From positions 37,324,001-37,388,000 of the forward strand of contig OZ024754.1 of assembly GCA_964016885.1 (NCBI GenBank): DNA of 64,000 bases, in the 5' to 3' direction. The notes under the pieces are model-generated. The model saw only the letters and a program-made list of their open reading frames with translations. It was not told the DNA's origin and searched no databases. Shown in pieces: positions 1-12,980 of this stretch (position 1 is its first letter; each line of letters begins with the position of its first letter). The stretch is from Eledone cirrhosa. Lineage: Eukaryota. Position numbers and translations under genes: made by a program.

Positions 1-144
1 ATAAAACTTGGGTTAACCCGAGCCTATGGCAAATGGCACTCGCCCAAGATGCCAAACAGTGGCATATAACTCTGGACTATATGATTATGAAGTTAACTCC
101 TTAATCATTTGGTCATGTTGCATCTGTCATATGCAGTATACAGC

Positions 145-2220
145 CATCATCATCATCATCATCGTTTAATGTCCATCTTCCACGCTAGCATGGGTTTGAC
201 GGTTTTGTTCCATTCGATGTAGGAATGGTCAGGAGCGTCTCTGGCAGGTTTTTTTTTTTACAGCTGGTTGCCCTTCCTAAGACCAACCACATTTACAGTG
301 TGGACTGGGAGCCTTTTCATCGTGTCTCCTACACGGCCACCTTACAGTATGGACTGGGAGCCTTTTTACCGTGTCTCCTACACAACCACCTTACAGTGTG
401 GACTGGGAGCCTTTTCACCGTGTCTCCTACACAACCATCTTTCAGTGTGGACTGGGAGCCTTTTTACTATGTCTCCTACACAACCACCTTACAGTGTGGA
501 CTGGGAGCCTTTTCACTGTGTCTCCTACACAACCATCTTACAGTGTAGACTGGGAGCCTTTTTACTATGTCTCCTACACAGCCACCTTACAGTGTGGACT
601 GGGAACCTTTTCACTGTGTCTCCTACACGGCCACATTACAGTGTGGACTGGGAGCCTTTTCACTGTCTCCTACACGACCACCTTACAGTGTGGACTGGGA
701 GCCTTTTCACTGTGTCTCCTACACGACCACCTTACAGTGTGGACTGGGAGCCTTTTTACCATGTCTCCTACACAACCACCTTACAGTGTGGACTGGGAAC
801 CTTTTCACTGTGTCTCCTACACGACCACCTTACAGTGTGGACTGGGAGCCTTTTTACCATGTCTCCTACACAACCACCTTACAGTGTGGACTGGGAGCCT
901 TTTCACTGTGTCTCCTACACGGCCACATTACAGTGTGGACTGGGAACCTTTTCACTGTGTCTCCTACACGACCACCTTACAGTGTGGACTGGGAGCCTTT
1001 TTACCATGTCTCCTACACAACCACCTTACAGTGTGGACTGGGAGCCTTTTCACTGTGTCTCCTACACGGCCACATTACAGTGTGGACTGGGAACCTTTTC
1101 ACTGTGTCTCCTACACGGCCACCTTACAGTGTGGACTGGGAGCCTTTTTACCATGTCTCCTACACAACCACCTTACAGTGTGGACTGGGAGCCTTTTCAC
1201 TGTGTCTCCTACACGGCCACATTACAGTGTGGACTGGAAGCCTTTTCACTGTGTCTCCTACACGGCCACCTTACAGTGTGGACTGGGAGCCTTTTCACTG
1301 TGTTTCCTACACGGCCACCTTACAGTGTGGACTGGAAGCCTTTTCACTGTGTCTCCTACACAACCACCTTACAGTGTGGACTGGAAGCCTTTTCACTGTG
1401 TCTCCTACACGGCCACATTACAGTGTGGACTGGGAACCTTTTCACTGTGTCTCCTACACGACCACCTTACAGTGTGGACTGGGAGCCTTTTTACCATGTC
1501 TCCTACACAACCACCTGACAGTGTGGACTGGGAACCTTTTCACTGTGTCTCCTACACAACCACCTTACAGTGTGGACTGGGAACCTTTTCACTGTGTCTC
1601 CTACACAGCCACCTTACAGTGTGGACTGGGAGCCTTTTTACCATGTCTCCTACACAACCACCTTACAGTGTGGACTGGGAACCTTTTCACCGTGTCTCCT
1701 ACACGGCCACCTTACAGTGTGGACTGGGAACCTTTTCACTGTGTCTCCTACACAACCACCTTACAGTGTGGACTGGGAGCCTTTTTACCATGTCTCCTAC
1801 ACAACCACCTTACAGTGTGGACTGGGAGCCTTTTCACTGTGTCTCCTACACAGCCACCTTACAGTGTGGACTGGAGCCTTTTCACTGTGTTTCCTACATG
1901 GCCACCTTACAGTGTGGACTGGGAGCCTTTTCACTGTGTCTCCTACACGGCCACCTTACAGTGTGGACTGGGAGCCTTTTCATTGTGTTTCCTACATGAC
2001 CCCTTTACAGTGTGGACTGGGAGCCTTTTCACTGTGTCTCCTACACGGCCACCTTACAGTGTGGACTGGGAGCCTTTTCATTGTGTTTCCTACACGGCCA
2101 CCTTACAGTGTGGACTGGGAGCCTTTTCATTGTGTCTCCTACATGGCCACCTTACAGTGTGGACTGTTGTGTCATCGACACAGTGGACGGAATGGGAGAG
2201 GGAGGATGGGGTAGGATGGA
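145..2220 (-). mobile_element. RTE-LINE 3'UTR-derived element with (GAT)n tail, internally expanded by a minisatellite
   Basis: Reverse complement ends ...AACCCATGCTAGCGTGGAAGATGGACATTAAACGATGATGAT; colinear with the unexpanded copy at 50482-50771. Confidence 0.8.
293..2166. repeat. 49-bp minisatellite, about 38 copies
   Basis: Unit TTACAGTGTGGACTGGGAGCCTTTTCACTGTGTCTCCTACACGGCCACC; the 49-aa periodicity in all three + frames is an artefact of it. Confidence 0.95.
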
Positions 2221-2684
2221 AATCTGTGTAGTAAATATAGATTTTAAATTTCCGTATATGGCATCAGACTTCGATTGAAAGAGTCTTGGGAAAAAAATAA
2301 GCTCAAAATTTTGAAGTATTTTAACATGAAAGAAAGAGAGATCAAACAAAACAGCAGATGTAATATTGTGCTAGCGATAAAGGAACAAGTAAATGTTTTA
2401 TATTTGATATTGTTATAATTGGAAAGCACAATATTACCCCACCCCTAAGGAATTTGAGAAAATTTGTAAGTATTCAGGTTTTAGATGTCTGAAATATGTG
2501 GAGAAATATGGTAACCAAGATAACTGTAACAGTCCTTACACATCACTCAACTTCCAGAACATTTTAATTCTACTTGGAAGAACTTTCAATAAATCTAACA
2601 TCAATACTACTCCAAATCTAGTGTTGCTAGGGAATGATTATATTTGAAGGAGTGTTATATCTTTGGTCAGAAATCTTCAAATCA

Positions 2685-3135
2685 AAGAAGAGTATCTTCT
2701 GCCACAGTCTTGATATCGAAGGGGAGTCTTAATATTAAAGGAGAGTATCTTCTGTAAAAAGTTTTGATATCAAAGAAGAGTATCTTTTGCCAAAAGTCTT
2801 AATACTGAAGGAGAGTATCTTCTGCCAAAAGTCTTGATATTGAAGGAGAGTCTTGATATTGAAGGAGAGTCTTGATATCAAAAGAGAGTATCTTTTGCCA
2901 AAAGTCTTGATATGAAAAGAGAGTATCTTTTGCCAAAAGTCTTGATATCAAAAGAGAGTATCTTCTGCTAAAAGTCTTAATATTGAAGGAAAGTATCTTC
3001 TGCTAAAATCTTGATATTAAAGGAGAGTATCTTCTACCAAAAGTCTTAATACTGAAGGAGAGAATTTCCTGCCAAAAGTGTTGATATCAAAGGAAAGTAC
3101 CTCAGACCAAAAGATAGTATCTTCTGACAGAAGTC
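2685..3135. repeat. ~35-bp tandem repeat, about 13 diverged copies
   Basis: Unit AAAGAGAGTATCTTTTGCCAAAAGTCTTGATATC(A). Confidence 0.9.
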
Positions 3136-3363
3136 TTCAGATCAAACGAAAGAGACATTATTTATATATTTTCAGCAGTCTACATCTATGCTGCTAATAC
3201 AAATACGAATGAAAAATAATTGTTTTTACGTTAGGCACAAGGTCAGCAATTACCCAGTGCATTACTGGTACTTTATTTTATCGACCCCCGTAAGGATGAA
3301 AGGCAAAGTTAAATAATGGTTTCCAATTTTGGCTCAAGGCCAGCACTTTTGTGGGAGGTTTAA

Positions 3364-3584
3364 CCCTTTAGCATTAACATTACTCTATATTTACAATTAT
3401 ATTTTCATGGGAAAGGTTTTACGTCATGTAATTATCTTACATGATATCACATCTATGAGATTTTGATATTATTTATTTTGAGAACAATACCATAACACCA
3501 ATATGAGTAGCCAGTTATGGCCGGTTTGAACAGAAATAGGTTAGAGAATGCTGGCCGGATACAACCAGTTTAAATGCTAAAGGG
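3364..3584. mobile_element. piggyBac-type MITE (~220 bp)
   Basis: TTAA|CCCTTTAGCATT...AATGCTAAAGGG|TTAA: TIRs starting CCC with a TTAA duplication. Confidence 0.85.
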
Positions 3585-4316
3585 TTAATTCAGTTGCCAC
3601 CATGTCTTTTTATGTCATGTGTTCAAATCTTGCTAAAGTTAACTTTTTATTCTTCTGATGTCGAAGACTGATGAACAAAGACTGGGAGAGAGTAGATATA
3701 ATGAAACATCCTCTAATATGGGAGAAGGTTTCTAAGATAAAAATATCTAGGTTAACCCCAAGGGGTGACAATTGAGCTTCAGAATTGTTAGAATAAGATT
3801 GATAAAATTTAGTACCAGTATAATAATTGTTTCCACTTTTGGCACAAGGCCAGCAATTACCCCAGTGTATTACTGGTGCTTTATTTTAATGACCCCCATA
3901 AGGTAAAGTTAACCTCGGCGGGATACCAGTCATGCACAGGGGCCCATTTAATAGACTTTCCCTTCCCCCAAAATTGCTGGCCTTGTGCCTATACTAGAAA
4001 TCATTATTATTATTATCATTATTATTATTATTCTGAGGCTGATAAAATATGTACAATACCAGCATGAGTGTCGATTTAATCGACCCCTTTTATCTTCTCC
4101 AACGCCACCATTGTTGCCACCCCTACAACATGTGCAACTTCCAAAATCAATACAAATAGACAGACAAAGCATTGGTATTTCAATTTATTGATTTTGTACC
4201 ATGTGACAACAATTGTTTCATGCTGTCAGCCTTGTGGCAAGATAACTATCTCAACATTTCACCTTCGAGTGGTTAGAAGCAGTTAACTTTCATACCTCAA
4301 CTTTCAATACATCAGA

Positions 4317-6000
4317 AGCATTACAGATTAATTTTTTACTGTTTTTGTTAGGGGAAAAAATCTATGTGCTTCTTCCAAACCCTTCAACACTGGGGGGTGG
4401 GGGAGAAGAGACGCAAGGATAGTCAAACCAGAAATCTGACTTAACCCTTTAGCATTTACATTCTTCTCCATTTACTATTGTATTTTCATAGTAAAGACTT
4501 TATCTCACATAATGAATGGGCAAAGTAAGCATTAGAGATGAATTTTTTACTGTTTTTGTTAGGAAAAGAAGGGCAAAAATCTATGTGCCTCTTCCGAACC
4601 CTTAAACACTGGTGGGAGGAAGAAGGGAAGCAAGAGAGTCAAACCAGAAATTTGACTTAACCCTTTAGCATTTACATTCTTCTCCATTTACTATTGTATT
4701 TTCATAGTAAAGACTTTATCTCACATAATGAATGGGAAAAGTAAGCATTAGAGATGAATTTTTTACTGTTTTTGTTAGGAAAAGAAGGGCAAAAATCTAT
4801 GTGCCTCTTCCAAACCCTTAAACACTGGTGGGAGGAAGAAGGGAAGCAAGGAGAGTCAAACCAGAAATCTGACTTAACCCTTTAGCATTTACATTCTTCT
4901 CCATTTACTATTGTATTTTCATAGTAAAGACTTTATCTCACATAATGAATGGGAAAAGTAAGCATTAGAGATGAATTTTTTACTGTTTTTGTTAGGAAAA
5001 GAAGGGCAAAAATCTATGTGCCTCTTCCGAACCCTTAAACACTGGTGGGAGGAAGAAGGGAAGCAAGGAGAGTCAAACCAGAAATCTGACTTAACCCTTT
5101 AGCATGTACATTCTTCTCCATTTACTATTGTATTTTCATAGTAAAGACTTTATCTCACATAATGAATTTTTTACTGTTTTTGTTAGGAAAAGAAGGGCAA
5201 AAAAATCTATGTACCTCTTCCGAACCCTTCAACACTGGTGGGAGTAAGAAGGGAAGCAAGGAGAGTCAAACCAGAAATCTGACTTAACCCTTTAGCATTT
5301 ACATTCTTCTCCATTTACTATTGTATTTTCATAGTAAAGACTTTATCTCACATAATGAATGGGAAAAGTAAGCATTAGAGATGAATTTTTTACTGTTTTT
5401 GTTAGGAAAAGAAGGGCAAAAATCTATGTGCCTCTTCCGAACCCTTAAACACTGGTGGGAGGAAGAAGGGAAGCAAGAGAGTCAAACCAGAAATTTGACT
5501 TAACCCTTTAGCATTTACATTCTTCTCCATTTACTATTGTATTTTCATAGTAAAGACTTTATCTCACATAATGAATTGGCAAAGTAAGCATTTGAGATTA
5601 ATTTTTTACTGTTTTTGTTAGGAAAAGAAGGGCAAAAATCTATGTGCCTCTTCCGAACCCTTAAACACTGGTGGGGGGAAGAAGGGAAGCAAGAGAGTCA
5701 AACCAGAAATTTGACTTAACCCTTTAGCATTTACATTCTTCTCCATTTACTATTGTATTTTCATAGTAAAGACTTTATCTCACATAATGAATTGGCAAAG
5801 TAAGCATTTGAAATGAATTTTTTACTGTTTTTGTTAGGAAAAGAAGGGCAAAAATCTATGTGCCTCTTCCGAACCCTTAAACACTGGTGGGAGGAAGAAG
5901 GGAAGCAAGGAGAGTCAAACCAGAAATCTGACTTAACATTAGTCTACATTTACTATTGTATTTTCATAGTAAAGGCTTTATCTCACGTAATGAATTGACT
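4317..6000. repeat. ~216-bp tandem repeat, 7-8 copies, each containing the left end of the piggyBac-type MITE
   Basis: Unit starts AAGCATT at about 4527, 4743, 4960, 5370, 5586 and 5802; most units contain TTAACCCTTTAGCATTTACATT. Confidence 0.92.
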
Positions 6001-6276
6001 AAGTTGTTAGGGTACTGGATAATATTTTGTGATATATATTCCAGCTTTTCTGAACTCTGACTTCAAATCCTGCTGTGGTCAATTTTGCCTTTCACCTTTT
6101 CTCGGGTTGATAAAATAAAGTACTATTTCAGATTCAGTTGATTGATAAAATAAAGGTGGTTTGGGGAACTGTAGTGTTTAAGATGTTGATAAGATAAAAG
6201 TAATTTGGTGTATCTGTAGAGATAAAGATAAGATGTTGATAAAATACAGGTAAATTAGTGGAACTGTACTGCTTAA

Positions 6277-6763
6277 CCCTTTAGCATTTAAACTTGCAGA
6301 ATTCTCTCACCTCTTTCTGTTCAAACTGGCTGTAATGGTCACTCATACTGATGTTAAGGTATTGTTCTCAAAATAAATAATATCAAAATCTCATAGTTTC
6401 GATATAATGTGAGATAATTATGTGAGGTAAAGCCTTTACCGGGAAAATATAATAGTAAATATAAAGTAGATAATATCAAAATCTCATAGTTTCGATATAA
6501 TGTGAGATAATTATGTGAGGTAAAGCCTTTACCGGGAAAATATAATAGTATATATAAAGTAGATAATATCAAAATCTCATAGATTCGATATTATGTGAGA
6601 TAATTATGTGAGGTGAAGCCTTTACCAGGAAAATATAATATTATATATAAAGTAGATAATATCAAAATCTCATAGATTCGATATTATGTGAGATAATTAT
6701 GTGAGGTGAAGCCTTTACCAGGAAAATATAATATTATATAGAGTAATGTAAATACAAAAAAAG
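6277..6763. mobile_element. piggyBac-type MITE with internal 93-bp x4 tandem expansion
   Basis: TTAACCCTTTAGCATTTAAAC start; TAATATCAAAATCTCATAG recurs at 6378, 6471, 6564 and 6657; ends near TTAA 6764. Confidence 0.85.
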
Positions 6764-6904
6764 TTAAGGTAGGATGTTGATAAAATAGAGGTGATTTGGT
6801 AGATTTATTAGTGTCAGATGAGATGAGATGCCATGTAGTATCTACTTCTGTACAAGTTCAAATTTCACTAAATTGATTCAAATCCTAAAAATGTTGAGGG
6901 TTAG

Positions 6905-7138
6905 CCCTTTAGCATTTAAACTGGCTGTATCCAACCAGGATTTTCTTACCTCTTTCTGTTCAAATTGGTTGTAACTGGCCACTCATACTGATGTTAAGGT
7001 ATTGTTCTCAAAATAAATAATATCTAAATCTCATATATCCAATTTTATGTGAGATAATTATGTGATATAATCATGGGAAGTAAAGCCTTTACCATGAAAA
7101 TACAATAGTATATATAGAGTAATGTAAATGGTGAAGAG
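6905..7138. mobile_element. piggyBac-type MITE
   Basis: CCCTTTAGCATTTAAAC...GTAAATGGTGAAGAG|TTAA, same family. Confidence 0.8.
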
Positions 7139-7256
7139 TTAATCACCCAACTATGGTGACAGCAACTGATTATGAAAGCTGGGATGAGTGGAAGAAGATT
7201 GTGGCTATTTGTTACTGTTGGATCTATGATAGACTGATATATACCAAGTAATACTC

Positions 7257-7480
7257 AGAGTGGGATTTACGTATAAGCTAAACAAACTATAGCTTAGGGC
7301 CCCCACTTCCTTGAGGCCCCGAAAAAAATTGAAAAAAACCGTGTGTACATTTTCAAAATATAAGATAAAAAAGAACTAAAATAATGCAATAGTTTTAAAC
7401 AGTTTTCTGCTTTAATATTGAACGTGGACGTAAAAATGAAATGAAATGAAAAATGAAAATGATACACATATATATACATA
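7257..7480. mobile_element. probable hAT-type DNA transposon end (decayed)
   Basis: CAGAGTGGGATTTACG...GCTTAGGGCCCC...GAGGCCCC resembles hAT subterminal sequence; no partner end found. Confidence 0.35.
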
Positions 7481-8108
7481 TATATATACATATATATATA
7501 CATATATATATATATACATATATATATACATATATATAACTTTTTTTTCTACATTCTGTTGAAAAAGAAAGCAGTCTCTTCAAAAACAACAAAATATTTT
7601 GTGGTGAAGTTAAAAGCAGGAAAAAATTTAATTTTATAAACATCAATTGAGGGAAAAATCTAGAAATGTGAACGGACACTAGAATGTTCCTCATCAGGTT
7701 TAAATGATTTGATTGTGTCATGAAGAAGCTTTGGCATTTTTAGATTTGATTGGATCGTGTGTAATTTGTTCATATTTTTATTTACTTCTTTCTATGACTG
7801 GTTTGACATTCAAAAAGTTAGAGAGAGAGAGTACTCTGGTCGAATGAATAGCGAGGAAGGAGATTGTGACTGAGTTTTTATGTTGCTTCTGACTTGATGG
7901 AGCTAAAAGAATGTAGTGACATATATGAAGATAAATAAAACAAACAACAAAATATATAATAATGAAGAAGATTTGAAATGTCAATAAAATAGTTCAACAT
8001 TTTGGAGAACAGTTTTGATTGATACATTGATGATTCAATAAGGAATATTTGGGTAGCTGATGGAGAGAACTGGCTTCGCAGTATTAAGAATGAAAAACTG
8101 TTGGTTAA

Positions 8109-8304
8109 ACCTCTAGCATTTACATTACTCTATATAAACTATTGTATTTTTGCAGTAAAGGCTTTATCTCACATAATTATCTCATAATATTAAATCTACG
8201 AGATTTTTATATTATTTATTTTATGAGTGGCCAGTTACGGCCGGTTTGAACAGAAAGTGGTGAGAGAATTCTGGCTGGATATGGCCGGTTTAAATGCTAA
8301 AGGG
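8109..8304. mobile_element. piggyBac-type MITE
   Basis: TTAA-ACCTCTAGCATTTAC...TAAATGCTAAAGGG-TCAA. Confidence 0.8.
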
Positions 8305-8619
8305 TCAATGATAATTTCACTAGCAATGCAAATCTCTCTCTTCAAAGCCTCTCCTATGACACACTACTTGCTCTCCCACTGTGCTAGTGCCACAACAAAA
8401 ACCACCCACTCCACCCTGTACAATGGTAGTGCTTGTGCTATGACTAAAGCAACCAGTCTACTCTGTAAGGGGTCATACTCCAGCCATAATAACATTTACT
8501 CTGTTCAACCTGTAAGGTGGTAGTGATGGTGCCATGAAAAAGCCTCCCAGTACATGCTCCAAAGCAACCAGTCCACTCTGTAAGGAGAAAATTGTAATGA
8601 AATATTCACTGACAAAAAA

Positions 8620-9045
8620 TAACTTTAAACCGGCCATAACCAGCCAGAATTCTTTCATCTCATACTGATGTTAAGGTATTGTTCTCAAAATAAATAATAT
8701 CAAAATCTCATAGACTCAATATTATGTAAAATAATTATGTGAGGTAAAGCCTTTACTGTGAAAATATAATAGTAAATATAATAGTATATATAGAATATTG
8801 GCGGGTGGCTGAGTGGTTAGAGAATTGGATTTGCAATCATGAGGCTGTGAGTTCCATTCCCAAACCGGGCAATGCGTTATGTCCTTGGGCAAGACACTTT
8901 ATTTCACATTGCTCCTTCTACCTGGAGTTGCAACCGATAGATAGTATTAGCAATTGGAAAGACCAATGGAAACATTGTTTCCACGGTCCGATTTGACGAA
9001 AGTCGATCGATTGTCAATATATAGAATAATGTAAATGCTAAAGGG
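8620..9045. mobile_element. piggyBac-type MITE interrupted by a SINE
   Basis: MITE body at 8620-8797 resumes at 9017 and ends AATGCTAAAGGG|TTAA. Confidence 0.75.
8798..9016 (+). mobile_element. tRNA-derived SINE with 12-bp TSD
   Basis: A box TGGCTGAGTGG, B box GTTCCATTCC, central TGTCCTTGGGCAAGACACTTT; TSD ATATATAGAATA at 8786-8797 and 9017-9028; related copies at 21235-21350 (-) and 28065-28279 (+). Confidence 0.85.
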
Positions 9046-9317
9046 TTAACTACTCATTCCCATATATTTCATTGAATTACATGAGATTAGTGTATTTATA
9101 GTTCTACTGATCCTATAGAGATAAACTGTTGCTATCTTAGTTTTAGATTTAGTTTGTGTTCTGAGATGAGATTAAAACCCATTACTGTGTCATTGTGACT
9201 GGACAATAAACTCAGTTGACATAAAATACACATACAATATAACAGGTCAACTGATAGGACAACATGATAGCTTTTAATCTGATTAAATATCTTAGGAACA
9301 ATTAAAGGGTTTGAGTA

Positions 9318-9672
9318 GTATAGCTCAGTGATTAGAGTGTTAGGCTTATAGTTGTAAATTTGTGGTGTTCAATTCCTTGAATGGTGTGGTGTGTTCTTAA
9401 CCCCTTAGCATTTAAACCAGCTGTATCCGGCCAGAATTCTCTCACCTATTTCTGTTCAAACCGGTTGTAACTGGTCACTCATACTTATGTTAAGGTATTG
9501 TTCTCAAAATAAATAATATCAAAATCTCATAGTTTGATATTATATGAGATATTATGTAAGATAAAACTTTTGCTGTGAAAATATAATATTCTATATAGAG
9601 TAATGTAAATGCTCAAAGGTTAAGCAAAACATTTCATTTCACATTGCTCCAGTCCACTCAACTGAAAATGAG
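9318..9672 (+). mobile_element. tRNA-SINE interrupted at a TTAA by a piggyBac-type MITE (9401-9619)
   Basis: TAGCTCAGTGATTAG...GTTCAATTCC...GTGTTC|TTAA MITE TTAA|GCAAAACATTTCATTTCACATTGCTCCAG. Confidence 0.8.
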
Positions 9673-10652
9673 ACACAGCAGCAGCAGCAGCAGCAACATC
9701 TAGGAATTAAACAGCAGTAGTAGGAGCAGCAATAGCAGCAGCACCAACATTAGTAGTAGTAGCAGAAGCAACATTAGTAGTAGTTGTAGTAGTAGTAATA
9801 GTAGCAGCAGCAACAGTACTAGCAGCAGCAGCAGCAACAGCAGCAGTAGTAGCAACAGTAGTAGTAGTAGCAGTAGTAGTAATCAACTATACCACTATTA
9901 TCTAATGTGGTGATCAAAAATAAATACCTCGGGTTTTGTTCGTCAAAAGAATTCTATCAACGACTATTAGATTTTTATAATCTAATCATACTACCATGGT
10001 CTTTCTGTTGGAAACAGATAAATAGTTTTTTTCTTCATTAGAAGTAAGATTTAACCAATTTATATTTCTACTTAGTAACAAATGGCAAAATGTTTTCCAA
10101 TACCTAGAAATAATTGACCTCACAATGGTTTTCGTTGTTGAATAAAAATGGTAACAACAAAAAAAAAACAAAAACAAAACAACAACAACAACAACACTAT
10201 TCAAACAAAAGACAATTTTGCTTTCTTTGGCATGTTTCAAAGATGGAAGATGGCTTGAGGTGTCTTTAGGTTGAAATAAGCATGTAATTCCTGCTGTGTG
10301 ATCACGTGAGCGTTTAAAATGAGGCTCGTTTAAAACGTGGCTTGTTTGCTGTTTCTTTTGTTTTTATTACTCGCATGTGCGCTATAGTCAGTTAGAAAAT
10401 AGTAACCTGAGTAAACATGAAAGAACAGCCGAACTCCCACTGTCATCGCCTCCATCTCTCTCGCCCTCCCCATCTTTCCGTATGGTGAGCAAATGGGGTC
10501 CCACGTGAATACAGTAATATGGATCACAGAACAAAATTGTTTTTAAGAATAGTCTCAACTAAATTGAATTAGTCAGTATGGTTGAATGTATGGGTACGTT
10601 GACTCTAGATAATGAACACAACCACAAGGATATGGTCTGAACATGGAAAGAT

Positions 10653-11058
10653 CGAACTCCCACTGTCATCGCCTCCATCTCTCTCGCCCTCCCCATCTCT
10701 CTGTATGGTGAACAAATGGGGTCCCATGTGCTGGCCTCCCCACAGCCCCTACGGACAGAATGGAGAAGGCATTTCTCCGGAGGACGGTAAGGGAGATGCG
10801 CTGGAAGAGCCATTCCAGGTTGCGAGGCTCACACCTGCGGCTGGCCAGCTCAGCACCTATGGTGGTGAGGGGTGAGTAGTGAGGTAGCCCTAGGGCCAAG
10901 GATACCAGAAGTCGCCACTGCTATGGGTAGCCAGCTCAGCACCTATGGTGGTGAATAGTGAGGTAGCCTTAGGGCCAAGGACACCAGGAGTCTCCACTGC
11001 CAAGGGCACGACTGCGAACCTGTCGGAGAGCAACCGGTTTTTTCTGGTCGATTGTTAC
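10653..11058 (-). mobile_element. CRE-like (restriction-like endonuclease) non-LTR retrotransposon 3' fragment
   Basis: Minus-strand translation LSDRFAVVPLAVETPGVLGPKATSLFTTIGAELA...EPRNLEWLFQRISLTVLRRNAFSIL matches the C-terminal 'P.A.ET.G..G / LFQRIS....RGNA' signature of CRE-clade elements; ~80-bp internal duplication (10844-10929 / 10930-11008); downstream segment duplicated at 10430-10507. Confidence 0.75.
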
Positions 11059-12273
11059 ATGTGTGTGAAATGGAGGGCACAACATGTTTAGTTTATAACT
11101 TTTGTTCTAACTTTTACATTTTGAGTTTTACAGTAAGTCTTTAGTAAAAAGTTTGTGGTTTTGAGCTTAGGATGTTTAATTTGTGATTGTAAGGTTGTGA
11201 GTTTCATCCCCAAACCATCATCATCATCATCATCATCATCGTTTAACGTCTATCTTCCACGCTAGCATGATGTTTTATGTTCTTGAGCAATGCACTTCAT
11301 TTCACATTGCTCCAGTTCTCTCACCTGAACATGAGTACCAGTGGCAGTTAGGGGTGACCACTGTGAAGAACTGGTATCTTATCCAGGGGGAAATCTTCTA
11401 CACTTAATCCCATAATACCCAGGAAACTGTGATAAGCTCTAGGTAGCAACTTAGCTTCAGTTCCTATTATAATCAATTCATTTACCTTATACACCTAATG
11501 GCTTTCACTAAATAAATATATTCTTTTATTTAATAAGATATTATAGTTTGCTTGAAGCATTGTATATGATATATAGCTTTGGAAAAGATAGAAGGCTGAA
11601 CAATGCAAAATAGTCCATTTTGTAAGATGAGGTAACGAAAGGTAAAAGTAAGTTACCTGGTAATCTTTGTTTATTTGTTGTTGTTGTTTTATCTGACCAA
11701 TATTTAAAATATCAATTTGAAAGATATATCATTAGACTGGTGCATTACCTTAAAGTGATTTACTCTGTCATATCACCATTAGCACTTATTCTTTAAGCCT
11801 GATACTTATTTTATCGATCTCTTTTGTGTCAAACTGCTATGTTTACAGGACATCATACATGCATGTACACACACACACACACACACAAACGTAAATACTG
11901 AGATTCTACAGTTTCTGTCTACCGAATTCCATTCACAAGGCATTGTTCAATCTGAGTGTATAGTAGAAGAGACTTATCTAAAAAACTGAACCCAGAATCA
12001 TGTGGTTGAGAAGCCAACTCCTTAACCATACCACCGTCCTCACACTCATGACACTGACAAATAAATAAATAAATAAATAAATAAATAAACAAACAAATAA
12101 ATAAATATATAAATACATATATACAGTCTTATTTGCTATATTTACTTTCCTCCATAAATTTGTACCATTGTCTAAGGAAGAAGAAGAAGGCAGCTGAAGA
12201 ATTTTGTGTCATTGAATTAGTGTAGTTAAAATCTGACCCCTTAAATTTTGAACTGAAACCCTGCTAGCAGTTA

Positions 12274-12980
12274 TATATCAATTTAAAAGATATATCAATT
12301 TAAAACAGATATCAGTTGAAAACTTATATCAATTTAAAATATATCAATTTAAAATATATCAATTTAAAACATATCAATTTAAAACATATCAATTCAAAAC
12401 ATATATCAGTCGAAAACATATATCAGTTTAAAATATATCGATTTCAAACATATCAATTTAAAATATGTTTTAAAGTGATATATGTTTTAAATTGATATAT
12501 ATTTTAAATTGATATATGTTTAAGCCACTGGGATGACGCTAGCATGTTGTTAGTAGTTTTAGAATTGCAACACGTGCGATGGGTCACTCGCAGATTTGCA
12601 TTTGATGTGTAAACACAGATAGTTAAATCTTCTCCCTTGCAGAAGATCTGGGATTTGACTACTGTGACTTTATGGATTAATGGTGAAATATATTTCTTTA
12701 ATGAAATATATACAAGGAAGATTAATAATTTTTTAAAATGTAATATTTGAAGCTCTAGTTAAACTTTAATTAGTTACCTACCTAGCTATGTGTGATTACA
12801 CACTTTACAAATTATACCATGTGATTGTTTCATGTGTTTATTTTAAATATATATATATATGTCAATCAATTTCTAGTTGATATGTTTAAATTAATATATT
12901 TTAAATTGATATATGTTTTGAACTGATATATGCTTTAAATTGACATGTTTTAAATTGATATATGTTTTAAATTGGTACAT
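12274..12980. repeat. 17-19-bp ATATCAATTTAAAA repeat arrays in both orientations
   Basis: Direct array 12274-12463, inverted arrays 12465-12520 and 12876-12980. Confidence 0.85.

Noticed and set aside
293-2166. CRISPR-like array
   Set aside because: No unique spacers, contiguous tandem units and a eukaryotic context.
225-2231. Long ORFs of 416-554 aa
   Set aside because: Open in all three frames because the 49-bp repeat lacks stops; derived from a LINE UTR in antisense.
7670-7702. Minus-strand CTGATGA plus hairpin
   Set aside because: No GAAA after the hairpin.
12642-12690. Possible WD40-like exon (KIWDLTT)
   Set aside because: Only one acceptor-like site, a weak donor and no neighbouring exons; not supportable as a CDS.
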